A program made the position numbers and the translations under genes. Source: Mobula hypostoma (Eukaryota). Taken from it: a DNA stretch of 64,000 nucleotides. Below, one piece after another: positions 1-11,874 of this stretch (position 1 is the stretch's first letter; every line of letters begins with the position of its first letter). The notes under the pieces were generated by a model that did no database searches, was not told where the DNA came from, and was given only the letters and a program-made list of their open reading frames with translations. The stretch covers positions 109,926,001 to 109,990,000 of the forward strand of contig NC_086101.1 in NCBI RefSeq assembly GCF_963921235.1. The letters run 5' to 3'.

Positions 1-469
1 CCAGTGTCAACAGACCCCTCTGTCCTCAATGTGGGTGGGTGGGAGCTTCCTGGTGGAGGATTTTGACCCCCCCCCACACTCAGAGGGTCATGTTATTCGG
101 TATTCAGCCCGCCCTTCCTGGTGAGCTTTTCCTACCCCAGTATCAGAATCAGGTTTAATGTCATTGGCATATGTTGTGAAATTTGTTGTGAGACACAAGC
201 CAAACTCTTTTTGACTCCAAATAATTGATTTATTGATTATTACAGAATGTCACTCTGATGGTTCCTGCTCCCTCCCCTTGCCCTTCCCCCTTTCCCAAAC
301 ATTATTCCCCTGTCCTGGCCCCCTTCCCAATCTCAGTCCACAATCGAGACCCATATCAGAATCAGGTTTATCATCACTCACACATCACAAAACTTGGTTT
401 TGTTTTTGCAGCAGCAGTACAGTGCAATATATAAAATTATGTAAGAAGTGATGAAAAGTGTTCATAGAT

Positions 470-860
470 TCAATGGCCGTTTAGAAATCTGATGGCAGAG
501 GGGAAGAAGCTGTTGCTAAATGATTCATTATTGAGTGTGCGTCTGCAGGCTCCTGTATCTCTTCCCCTATGGTAGCAATGCCAAGAGGGCATGTCCCGAA
601 TGATGACTGTCCTTAGTGATGGATGCTGCCTTCCTGAGGCTCCCCATTGAAGATGACCTCGATGCTGGAGAGGATTGTGCCCGCGGTGGAGCTGATTGAG
701 TTTCCAACCCTCTGCAGCTTCCTGTGACCTTGTGCAGTGGCCCCTCCCTACCGAGCAGTAATGCAACCAGTCAGAATGCTCTCCACCAAACACCTAAGGA
801 AATTAGTAAGCATCTTTGGTAATATACCAAATCTCCTCATACCCCTAATGAAGTAGAGGC
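470..860 (-). mobile_element. Rex1/Babar-type LINE 3' fragment
   Basis: Minus-strand frame ends ...NSFFPSAIRFLNGH, the typical C-terminus of Rex1/Babar RT ORFs. Boundaries approximate. Confidence 0.6.
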
Positions 861-1059
861 TGTTGGTGTGTCTTCTTCGTGATGGCATCAATATGTTGGT
901 TCCCGGATAGATTATCTGGGGGGTGGAGATTAGACCGGGTGGGGTATTAAAGTGGGATTAGACTGCAGGGTGTGATTTATTATGTGTGGACAGTGGGATG
1001 AGATGTGTTGAGAGTTTTGGACGTGGAGTTGAGGGGAGTGGGAAACATGCATACTGTTA

Positions 1060-1410
1060 TTTCTCTCTCCCCTCTCCCCCACTCCCTGTCTGATATCTTT
1101 CTCTCCATCTCACTCTGTCTTTGCCATCTTTTTTCTTTTTTCCATTTTTTCCTCTGTCTCTCACCTTATCTCCATCTGTCTCTCTCTATCTCTCTTTGCA
1201 TCTGCATACCCTCTCTTGTTTCACTTTTCAATATTACACTCTCTCCCTTTCTCTCTCTGCATGTCTCTGTACCCTCTCTCTTTCTATGTGTTTCTTTGAC
1301 TCTTCCCTCTCTCCATCCCTCCCTCTCTCTTTCTCTCTTCTTCTTTCTCCTCCTATTCTCTCGAGTCCCTCTCCCACACTCACTCACTCTCCTTCTCTCT
1401 CAATGTTGTC
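1060..1410. repeat. CT-rich low-complexity tract ahead of the gene 1 leader-exon acceptor
   Basis: Degenerate (CT)n run ending just before TTTCCTCTGCAG (AG at 1435-1436). Confidence 0.9.
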
Positions 1411-1458
1411 CATTGTCTTTTGTATTTCCTCTGCAGGTCAGCTCCTGTGCTCCCGGCA

Positions 1459-1522
1459 ATGGCGGCACCCAGAGTCCTCCTGCTGCTCCTCCTCATGACA
1501 CTCACATTCAGCTCTGCAAAGG
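1459..1522 (+). CDS. Gene 1 exon: signal peptide MAAPRVLLLLLLMTLTFSSAK
   Basis: Acceptor ctgcag| at 1436, Kozak-like GGCAATGG, hydrophobic core, phase-1 donor G|GTAAGT at 1522/1523. Confidence 0.88.
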
Positions 1523-1628
1523 GTAAGTCTCCGCCGCCTCACTTTCCTCTGACAAGAACACCCCAACCTTACCACATCTGCAGCACGCTCCAATACTCCC
1601 AAGCTCTCTGGAGATTGGAGGCTAATCC

Positions 1629-3350
1629 TTGGAGTATTTTGCATCAGTCTTCACTGAGGAAGACATCAGCAGTGTACCGGACACTCAAGGGTGGCAGAGA
1701 AGAGAAGTGTGCGCAGTCACAATTACGACAGAGAAAGTACTCAGGAAGCTGAATAGTCTAAAGGTAGATAAATCTCCCGGACCAGATGGAATGCACCCTC
1801 GTGTTCTGAAGGAAGTAGCTGTGGAGATTGCGGAGGCATTAGCGATGATCTTTCAAAAGTCGATAGATTCTAGCATGGTTCCGGAGGACTGGAAGATTGC
1901 AAATGTCACTCCGCTATTTAAGAAGGGGGCAAGGAAGCAAAAAGGAAATTATAGACCTGTTAGCTTGACATTGGTGGTTGGGAAGTTGTTGGAGCCGATT
2001 GTCAAGGATGAGGTTACAGAGTACCTGAAGGCATATGACAAGATAGGCAGAACTCAGCATGGATTCCTTAAAGGAAAATCCTGCCTGACAAACCTATTAC
2101 AATATTTTGAGGAAATTACAAGTAGGCTAGACAAGGGAGATGCAGTGGATGTTGTATATTTGGATTTTCAGAAGGCCTTTGACAAGGTGCCACACATGAG
2201 GCTACTTAACAAGATAAGAGCCCATGGAATTACAGGAAAGTTACATACATGGATAGGGTGTTGGCTGATTGGCAGGAAACAGAGTGGGAATAAAGGGATC
2301 CTATTCTGGTTGGCTGCCGGTTACCAGTGGTATTCCACAGGGGTCCGTGTTGGGGCCGCTTCTTTTAACATTGTACATTAACGATTTGGATTATGGAATA
2401 GATGGCTTTGTGGCTAAGTTTGCTGACGATACAAAGATAGATGGAGGGGCTGGTAGTGCTGAGAAAACAGAGAGTCTGCAGAGAGACTTGGATAGATTGG
2501 AAGAATGGGCAAAGAAGTGGCAAATAAAGTACAATGTTGGAAAGTGTATGATTATGCACTTTGGCAGAAGAAATAAATGGGCAGACTATCATTTAGATGG
2601 GGAAAGAATTCAAAGTTCTGAGATGCAACGGGACTTGGGAATCCTCATGCAGGATACCCTTAAGGTTAACCTCCAGGTTAAGTCGGTGGTGAAGAAGGCA
2701 AATGCAATGTTGGCATTCATTTCTAGAGGAATAGAGTATAGGAGCAGGGATGTGATATTGAGGCTCTATAAGGCGCTGGTGAGACCTCACTTGGAGTACT
2801 GTGGGCAGTTTTGGTCTGCTTATTTAAGAAAGGATGCGCTGACGTTGGAGAGGGTACAGAGAAGATTCACTAGAATGATTCCGGGAATGAGAGGGTTAAC
2901 ATATGGGGAACGTTTGTCCGCTCTTGGACTGTATTCCTAGGATGTTAGAAGAATGAGGGGAGACCTCATAGAAACATTTCGAATGTTGAAAGGCATGGAC
3001 AGAGTGGATGTGGCAAAGTTGTTTCCTATGATGGGGGACTCTAGTACGAGAGGGCATGACTTAAGGATTGAAGGGCGCCCATTCAGAACAGAAATGCGAA
3101 GAAATTCTTTTAGCCAGAGGGTGGTGAATCTGTGGAATTTGTTGCCACGGGCGGCAGTGGAGGCCAAGTCATTGGGTGTACTTAAGGCAGAGATTGATAG
3201 GTATCTGAGTAGCCAGGGCACCAAAGGTTATGGTGAGAAGGCCGGGGAGTGGGTCTAAATGGGAGAATGGATGAGCTCATGATAAAATGGCGGAGAAGAC
3301 TCGATGGGCCGAATGGCCGACTTCTGCTCCTTTGTTTTATGGTCTTATGG
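1629..3350 (+). mobile_element. 5'-truncated CR1 LINE (RT domain plus 3' tail)
   Basis: ORFs 1629-2381, 2269-2940 and 2953-3258 carry KSPGPDG, NYRPVSLT, YLDFQKAFDKVPH, PQGSVLGP and KFADDT motifs; frameshifted; CR1-type 3' end. Confidence 0.95.
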
Positions 3351-3489
3351 TCTAACCCCACTGCTCAAACATGGAAGGATCAATTCATTGGAGAATAAGT
3401 CTCTGTTTAGGTTCATTCAAATATCTGGATATTAGAGGGGTAGCAAAGATCAGGAGTACTGGGAATGAGGCGAGCCACCAACAGTCTGC

Positions 3490-3950
3490 TGGAGAAATGC
3501 TGTGGGACCATAAGACCAGCAAAGGAGCAGAATTAGGCCACTTGCCCCAGCAAGTCCGGTCCACCATTCCATCATAGCTCATTCCTTATTTCTCTCAACA
3601 CTGTTCTCCTGCCTTCACCCTATAATCTTTGACACCCTTACTAATCAAGAACCTATCAATCTCCACCTTGAATGTATCCAATGACTTTGCCTCCACAGTT
3701 GTCTATGGCAATGAATTCCAGATTCACACCTCTCGTTAAATAAATTCCTCCTCATCTCTGTTCTAAAGGGACGTTCTAGAGGCTGTGGCCACTGGTCCTA
3801 GGCTCACCCACCATTCTCTCTACATCCACTCTATCCAGGCCTTTCAATATTTGATAGGTTTCAATGAGATCCCCCCTCATTCTTCTAAACTCCAGCGGGT
3901 GCAGACCTGAAGCCATCAAATACTCCTCGTATGTTAACCCCAAGTTTTGA
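3490..3950 (-). mobile_element. CR1 LINE 3' fragment
   Basis: ORF 3776-4027 contains LEFRRMRGDLIETYQILKGLDRVD. Confidence 0.8.
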
Positions 3951-5119
3951 GCAGAACCTGTGGTAAGAAAAGAATTACTGTATTGACGTTTTGGGTCAAA
4001 GCTGTGCATCAGGGCATGGAGAGGCATGATGGCCCATTGTAACGAGGAGGTGAAAAAGAATTTTGAGGCGGTTGGTGGACGGAGGAGGGGTTGTGAGATG
4101 TCAGCCGGGTACTGCTAGGTGGGGGAGAAGGAGAGTGGGTGGAGTTGGGGGACGCTGATGGGTGAATGATGGATAGAGGCAGACAAAGAGGGGCAAAGAG
4201 GGCGAGAGAGAGGTTAAAGATTAACACAGATTGAGCGGGGAGGTGGGGAGTGTGGCATCTCCTGCTGGAGGGAGATAAGAATCCAGTGAGAGGAGAATGG
4301 CCATTGTTGGTGGGGAGGGGGAAGGAAGATCCTGTGTGGGATGTAGCTGGATGGACCCAGGAGTGGGAGGGAGACAAAGATGACAGATGGGTGCCTGGGA
4401 AAGGAGACTTAAGTGGGAGGCTCAGAGGAGAATCAGAAGGTTGGGGGGAAGGGAGGAATAAAAGAAGAAGGTAAGGGGGCAAGCATTTTGAATGTTAATA
4501 GTTAAGTGATTCATCTTTTAATTGGCACTGTGCCGTGTCCATCAAGATGAGTGATGTATCATAGAATCGTACGTTGTTGAAACAGACCCTTCAGCCCAAT
4601 TCGTTTATGCCGACCCCAATGCCCTCTGAGTTAGTCCCATTTGCCTGCGTCAACCAACTGCTGGACATACTCAGCAAGCCGGGCAGCATCCATGGAGAGA
4701 GAAATAAAGTCAATGCTTCAGGTTTGGCACTTTTCGTTGGAGGTGAGAAAGAGAGAAATGAATTGGTTTAGGTGGAGTCACAAATGATAGAAGTCAAAAT
4801 AAAAACTATTATCAGAGTTACCATACACTACCTTGAGATTCATTTCTTGCAGGTATTTGCTACAAAATAAATGCAATAGAATTTTTGACAACATAAACAA
4901 TGCCATGCAATATTTATTGCTTATTTATTATGATTATTATTTATTTCTTTTTGTACTTGCCCAGTGTGGTGTCTGTTGTATGCTGGTTGAACACCCAGTT
5001 TGGTGCAGTCATTCTGTTATGGTTATTATTCCATAGATTTATTGAGATTGCTGCAAGAAAATGAATCTCATGGTTGTATATGGTGACATATATGCACTTT
5101 GATAATAAATTTACTTTGA

Positions 5120-5710
5120 ACTTGACACAGTGACACAGTTTGAGTGTGACACTGTGTATGTGTAGCCCAGTGTGAGTGTGACACAGTAAGGCTGTGACGC
5201 TGTGAGTGTGACACCTGTGTGATTGTGACACAGTGTGATAGTGACACTGAGTGACTCTGGATGTGAGTGTCACACTGGGTGTGATTGTGACTCGGGGTGT
5301 GAGTGTGGCCAGTGTATGTGGCCCAGTGCGAGCATGACTTCAGGTGTGAGTATGATGCAGTGTGATTGTGACTCTGGGTGTTTGTAACACTTGTGTGAAT
5401 GTGACACTGTGAGTATGACTCTGGGTGCGAGTGACTCAGTGTGAATGCGACACTGTGAGTGTGCGCTGTGTGTGTGACCCAGTGTGAGCATGACTTCGGG
5501 TGTGAGTATGATGCAGTGTGTGCATGGACCAGTGTGAGTGTGACCAGTGGACTCCAGGTGTGAGTATGATGCAGTGTGAATGTTATACACTGCGTGAGTG
5601 TAACTGAGTGTGAATGTGCCACAATGTGAGTGTAACTTTGGTGTGAATGTGGCTCTGGGTGTGAGTGTGACTCCGTGTACAAGTGTGACACAGTGTGAGT
5701 GTGACCCAGT
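5120..5710. repeat. Degenerate GT-rich tandem repeat immediately upstream of the gene 1 V exon
   Basis: Recurrent GTGTGAGTATGATGCAGTGTG / GTGACTCTGGGTG units. Confidence 0.85.
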
Positions 5711-5748
5711 ACCGCTCTCTCCACTGACGTACCTGTATCCCGTTCCAG

Positions 5749-6096
5749 CGAGGATCCAATGCAACAAGCATAAGGAAGACATCGACGCGGTGAGTGGCTC
5801 CTGGGTCCTACTGCCCTGCCAGTTCAACTGGACAGGGGTGGTGCCTGAGGTGCAGCGTGCGGTCTGGCAGAAGGACTCCATGGTGGTGCACAACACAGAC
5901 CCTCAGCAGCAGAAACACCAGGACCGCATGTACGCGGACCGCACCTCCGTGGCCGCCAACTGGTTCGAGAAGAAAGATCCCTCGCTGAATCTGACCGGGC
6001 TCACTGTGAATGACACTGGAATCTACGAATGCAGGGTGAACACCGACCGGCCACAATCCTTCGACACCTGTGCCACCATCAAACTGACCGTCACTG
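5749..6096 (+). CDS. Gene 1 exon: IgV domain, B7/butyrophilin-like
   Basis: Branch-like CTGAC, acceptor ttccag| at 5748, donor G|GTGGGT at 6096; 348 nt, phase 1-1, open. Motifs VLLPCQF (B strand), AVWQK (C), Y.DRTS, SLNLTGLTVNDTGIYECRV (E/F), IKLTVT (G). Confidence 0.92.
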
Positions 6097-6179
6097 GTGG
6101 GTCCCTCGGTGGCTCTTTGACCGTGGGAAGCAGCTCATGCTGCGCCTGGAGTTGGCCGGAGGGGGGAGTTGATGGGGTG

Positions 6180-6730
6180 GAGGGGTGAGGAAGGGGTGGG
6201 GGTTGTAAGGGAAGTGGTGGGGATATAGAGGAGTGGTTAGTGGAAAGGTTGGTGGCGGAGAGTTTAGGAAAGGAGGGGATGGGGATGGAGAGTGTGGTGG
6301 GGAAACGAGGTCCCAGTGTAACCGTTGTTCTACCAACCAGGTGACCCGAGTGAAGGAGGGGAAGAGGTATCCCGAACCTCACCCTATTTTCCTCGTCTCC
6401 CCCACTCCAATCCCCAATTTCACTCCTCCATTTCCCATCTCTCCCATTTCCTCTATCTCCCCTCTTCCCTCACCCCTCTTTGCTTCCCTCCCTCCCTCAT
6501 CCCTCCACACTCCCTTCCTCCCTCCATCCCTCTCCCTTCCTCCCTCCATCCCTCTCCCTTCATCCCACTGCCTCTTCCACTCCTCCACCCACCCATCCCA
6601 GATCCTGCTTCACAGACTTCCCAAACTTTAACCCCTCTCGTCTCCTTTCTAAACTTTAACCCCTTGCCCCTCCCTCTCCCGACCCCCATCCTGTCCCTCA
6701 ATCCTGCATGCTCCTCTCTGTCCTCACCCC
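6180..6730. repeat. Purine-rich then pyrimidine-rich low-complexity intron
   Basis: G/A-rich 6180-6300 followed by a C/T-rich run 6380-6730. Confidence 0.8.
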
Positions 6731-6891
6731 ATGTTTCACCTCGTTGGCTCCCTTACTGTTGGGGGTAGGTGGTAGAAGGGTGGATTGTCTGCAGGTTGGT
6801 TGAGAGTTGCCTCGTCATTGGAGTAAACAGTGGGGATGGGGGGAGTGCGGACAGGTTGAACGAGATGGTGAGACTGTCTCTCGTTGTGCAG

Positions 6892-6965
6892 ATGCTGCCG
6901 GTGCCGTGTTTGGGCCCACTATACTCCTCTTCATTGGCCTGGCGCTTGGAACCTTCTTCAGCTGA
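6892..6965 (+). CDS. Gene 1 last coding exon: C-terminal hydrophobic peptide DAAGAVFGPTILLFIGLALGTFFS* (GPI-signal-like)
   Basis: Acceptor gttgtgcag| at 6891, in phase with the V exon; stop TGA 6963-6965; donor CAG|GTGGGT at 6990/6991 in the 3' UTR. Total CDS 64+348+74=486 nt. Confidence 0.8.
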
Positions 6966-7089
6966 TGGGATCCGGAACAGAACGTGTCAGGTGGGTGGGG
7001 GTGGGCCGGAGTAGTGGGCGCGGCTAGAAGGTCCATCAAATTGCTTCTACCTTCCACCTCACTGTCCCACTCTGTCCGCACACTCTGAA

Positions 7090-7430
7090 TCCCTCACTCC
7101 TCCTCCCTTCCTCCCCTCCTCCTCCCTCCCCTCGTTCCCCCTCTTCTCCTTCCTCCCCTCCTCCCCTCCTCCCCTCCTCCCCTTCCCTCCCCTCCCCTCC
7201 TCCCCTCCCCTCCTCCCCTCCCCTCCTCCCCCTCCGTCCTCTCCTCCCCCTCCGTCCTCTCCTCCCCCTCCGTCCTCTCCTCCCCCTCTGTCCTCTCCTC
7301 CCCCTCTCTCCTCTCCTGCCCCTCCCTCCTCTCCTCCCCTCCCTCCTTCCTCCCCGTCCCTCTCTCCTCCCATTCCTCCTCCCTCCCTTCCTCCTCCCTC
7401 CCTCCTCTTCATTCCCCTCTCCCCCAACCC
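7090..7430. repeat. Polypyrimidine (CCT/CCCCT) tract with about 4 copies of an 18-bp unit CCCCCTCCGTCCTCTCCT
   Basis: Read directly from the sequence. Confidence 0.9.
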
Positions 7431-8199
7431 TGGCCCCACAGGAACAGGCTCTCCAGCCCCCAAACTCTGTGCTGACCATGCTGCTAATCTAACGTGATCC
7501 CCTCTTGCACGTGGTCTCAATCCCCTCAATCTCTGCCTGTGCGTGTGCCTGTCTCAATGCCTGTTAACACTGCCATCGTGTGTTGCGGGTTTATTGATGT
7601 AACTCCATTCGTGGCTGACCCTGAATTCAGGTAATGAATGACATTGATTAATGCGTCCGACAGGACTTTCATTTATATTTTCTAACAAATAGAATTTCTG
7701 ATTTATAAGTAATTTGATCGGCAGTCTGGACAGGGTAGATGTTGAAAGTTGTTGACAGTGGAAGAGTTTTGAACAAGGGGACAGTGCTACAGGATTAGAT
7801 GGTGATCATTTTAAAATTAGGTCTTCTATCAGAGGGCATTGAACCTCTGGAAATGTCTGCCCCTCAGGGAGGATGAAGGCTGGATCAGTCAATATAATGA
7901 CAATGAACAGAGATAAATATTTGGACAGATCAAGGGATTGAGGTTTATGGGGAACAGGCTCAGAAGAGGAGCTGCAGATCAGCAGGAAATGGCTGAGTTG
8001 CCTTGAGAGGTCTAAATGGCCAAATGGTGGCAATGGAGAAGTTCCAGAGGAGGTTCGCAGGCATGATCGCAGGAATGAAAGGGTTAGCGTATGGGGAGTG
8101 ATTGATGGCTCTGGGCTCTTCAATCACAGACCAGGTGCAGGGTTTTGACCCAAAGCATTGATAATTCCTTTCTTCCCACAAATGCTGCTCATCCCTTAT

Positions 8200-11100
8200 G
8201 AGGAGTGAGTGATGGCTCTGGACCTGAACTCACTGAAATAAATGGGAATCAATGAAACTATCCTACATAGCATGTATATCAGCCTGACTGAGATTGGGAG
8301 TTCCTGGTAGTGACACAGGTCGCCTTGTCACCGCTTCAGCTGGACTCCGTTTTGTTTTCTTGTTTGGGATTGCCCGGATGCTGCATAAAACCAAAGGAAA
8401 AGCTGTAGGCCACAATATGCCTTCCTTGTGATACTTTGTCAGTCTTTGTTTGATGATGCCATTCATTCTTTCAGCTTGTCCTGGTGACTATGGATGATGT
8501 GAGCAATGAAAAGACCATTCAATGTTCATCAGTCGACGTAATTCTTAACAAACATTTCCAACGAAATGTGTTCCTTCATCAGAGTTGATATACCAGATCA
8601 ATCCTCATCGAGGAGTATCATCAAACAGATTTTTGGCTATGTGTGTGGCAGTAGCTTTTCTTACTAGGATGGCATCCATCCATCTTGAAAAATTGCCCAC
8701 TAATAATAACGCATCTGAGTATCTTTGGCACTTTGGTAAAGTAATGTAGTCCACTTGTAGATGCAGAAACGGACCAAGTGGGGCAGAAGTACTTAGCTGA
8801 GGTACCTTCTCTGTTGATCTGGTATTTGTTTTGTGGCATGTCATACATCTTGCAGCTCTTTGTTGAGCTTGTATTGCACCACTTTTGGATTCCACCACAG
8901 TTGGGAGTATCTGTCGACCATCTTTTGCACTCCAATGTGTGCTAAGGAGTGTATCTGCTGTGCCAGGTAAGGAAGCAGCTCAGTTGGGGCTACCAGTCAC
9001 TGACTAATGCCATATCTCATGCCCCATCATCGTTTAATAGCCCACCATTTTCCATCCAGTACCACTTTTCTTCATTTGAACACTGATTTTGCGTTTCTTG
9101 AATATCTTGCATGTTCGTATGTGACACAGTGTTAACCTTGGTTCCCGTTATTGGGTTTTCTTATATTTCTTCAATTTTCCTTATTCCTTCTCTCGCTTCC
9201 CATTTTGTAGTTTTATCTTTCCATGGCTTTCCATTGTGGCCGTTTTAGAGTGACCGTTTCATTTTAATACTGTAACTTCAGATGGCAGTTGCATGACTTC
9301 CCTGACTTCTTGTACTAGTTCATTTGTTGATCAGAGCTCCCACGGCTGTAAGAGATCCTCTGTCTCCAAAAATTTCCAAAGTCATGAACAACTCTGGAAG
9401 TGTATTGAGAATATGTGTAGATATTAGCTGATCTTCCTTCTGCTAGCTTACAGGTTTCAGTTAAAGCTTTCAGTTCAGCCTGTGGTGTAGAGGTATCAGG
9501 AGCCAGGTTTCCTGAGGCTATCCCTTTATTTTCAGTGACAACAGCCTAACCAGCCATTTGAATTCCTCCCTTGATAGTTGAGGAGCCATCAGTGTACAGG
9601 ATCAGAACTGGGCTCAGCAAAGACACGTTATGATAATTTGCATCTTTCTGGTGTTACGTACCCCGTAACTGGGTTGCCAAACCAGCAGAAATGGACCACT
9701 TAGTTGGAGTCTGGATTACTGGAACTAAGAAAGTTTTATTAAAGAAATAAGCAACACAGTACTCTAATCAAAAGGATATAAATGCAACAGTTTAGCAATG
9801 ATAAAACACACATGTACACAGAACTAGGATAATAGGATCAATCAAGCTCTATCGCAGTCTAGGCGTAAATGATCAGTTTCAAGTGACGCAAAGTTCAGTT
9901 CAATTTAGTTCAGTTCAGTTCGCAGTAATCGCTGTTGTGCCGTTGGGGCGGGGAGAAGAGAGAGAGCGAAAGCGAATGAATATTCAAAACGGATTCCAAA
10001 CAGACCTTCGATATTCCTCGCAGTTAGCTTTCGGGCGAGCCCTTTGTGATGTCTTCTGAGGTCACCGACTGTGACCCCTCTGTTCCAGATACGATTGTTC
10101 TGCGGTGAACCCGGCACCCAGGCAAGGGCGGACACACACACCGGGTTCCCGCCCGACCGTATCTTTCTACCCTGTGCGTCTATGGCTGGTCCCGCGACCA
10201 GACCTCCAAAACTCCCACCAACTTGTGGGGGCAAACCACTTTCAGGGTCTCGTTACCTCGTGGAGTTGTGTGTCTGGTGCCTTAGCGAACCTGTCCCTTT
10301 TTATCCCCCTGCTGGGGTATTGCCTGTCCATCAAACTTCAAACAGTTCAGGGTTGAAAGCCACCGGTCTCTGACAATACTCGGAACTGTGTCTCCTTTTC
10401 GTTAATCCGTCTCGTCTCTCATTAACATTTCTGAATGTTCCCCCATTGTCCTCTTATCGGCATCAATCTTCTGATAACTTGGTCTGTCGTCACACTGGCA
10501 TGTTACTGTTCTTGTACAGTCATGATCATCTTAATGATCATGTCCACTGACAGCAGTGTATATAAGCCATAAGACTTTTGCTCTACCACTGCAGTTGCAG
10601 GACCAGGCCTAGTCATTTTTACAACTGTCTTAACGTCTCCATTACATCTGTAATTGTAGCCCGAAGTTGTGCCATCCAATCAACGTTTTTGTTTCCTTGA
10701 GGTCGGGGGTCGAGCTTGCTTTTGCCCTTGTGGTGAAGTTGATTTCTTATGCCAAGAAGTTCTCGCCCAATGTCCTCTTCTACCACGTATCCAGTTCCAT
10801 TTGTTCTGCTGGTTAGCAAATGGAGACCGTTGATCCCTCTGTATCAATCTTATTCAGACGTTGATATTCCGCTCCACTTGCTTAATAGCTTATACCAGTT
10901 CACTGCAGGAAACAGCAAGTATTGTAACAATTTGCTTTTGTTACCTTCACCATTTTTGCAACATCTGGTTTCAAGCCATCCATGAAAGTCAACTTGAGAG
11001 GGCCACATATAGCCTCTTCGACATATCTTTGTTTATTCCTGGGACCCCTGAGTAATTGAACCAAATTATCCTATAGCAGCTTTCACGCTCAGAAACATCC

Positions 11101-11870
11101 TCTGAAGGCTTTTGTTTGTAATTGGCCACTTTCTTCCAATCAATCTTACTTGGGGCTTACACCTCTAACAATGCCTTAATTACTTCCCAACCAGCTGGTA
11201 AATTCTGTTTATCCTCTCCAATGCGATCTTCAACTTACCGTGTCAACTGTTTTAATTGTTGAGTTGTTAGCATGGGAACTAAAAATTTGAAAGCCATCAT
11301 ATAGATGAAATTTGCATATATTATTAATTTGTTGAAGTTCAGCCCAAGTCTTAAAGCTGCCCTTTTTAGGATGTGAAATTCCTTGGACCATTTGTCAATT
11401 ATTTTCTAGATCCGGTGGCTGATGACAAACCTCCTTTTTCCTTGCATACTCTCCATCGTCATTCCTGCGTGTTTTTGCTCTCTTAGTTTTTACTGGGCCA
11501 AGTCTTGCCATGGCCGCCAGACCAATTACCTCATTACTGTCATCATCACTTGAGCCACTAGGGGTCTCTATTGAGTCAGTATCACCTCGCAGTTCCTTGA
11601 GTTCCCAAGCTGTCACTGTTTCTGAGGACCCGTCAGCGTTGGCTGCCTGTCAACATGATTGACGTCACCATTAACACCGCCCACTGAGTTGGCTAAACTG
11701 CCCACCGAAGGTCCTCCAGATGCTGTGCAGATTTGCCTCATTTCACTTTGCAAATTTAAATAGAGCTTCTGACCAATGGCATTCTTGGCCCGCTGTTTCT
11801 TCACCCATTCCATTAATGCAGAGATCTGTTTTTTTGGTTGATCAATTATCCTTTTCATACTATAGGAAGA
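8200..11870 (-). mobile_element. Degenerate class I (gamma/epsilon-like) endogenous retrovirus: gag-like region, RNase H, integrase
   Basis: RNase H motifs ILYTDGSS (~9580-9605) and QAELKALTETCKLAEGRSANIYT (~9420-9490); integrase CMTC and PFLHLQVDYITLPKC...FSRW (8605-8898); NGIIKQRL...WPTAFPLVL..IR (8263-8466). The gag assignment of 10500-11870 is weaker. Confidence 0.8.
9652..10494 (-). mobile_element. Solo LTR (843 bp) inserted in ERV pol
   Basis: Termini TGTTACG...CGTCACA, 4-bp TSD CTGG (9648-9651 and 10495-10498), AATAAA on the minus strand near 9735. Confidence 0.88.
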
Positions 11871-11874
11871 AGTA

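Noticed and set aside
1005-1526. 173-aa and overlapping ORFs upstream of the gene 1 leader
   Set aside because: Translations of the CT-rich tract; only 1459-1522 has exon signals.
5068-5896. His/Thr/Ser-rich 208-218 aa minus-strand ORFs
   Set aside because: Products of the GT-rich tandem repeat and the antisense of the V exon.
7036-7529. Arg/Gly/Glu-rich ORFs
   Set aside because: Translation of the CCT polypyrimidine tract.
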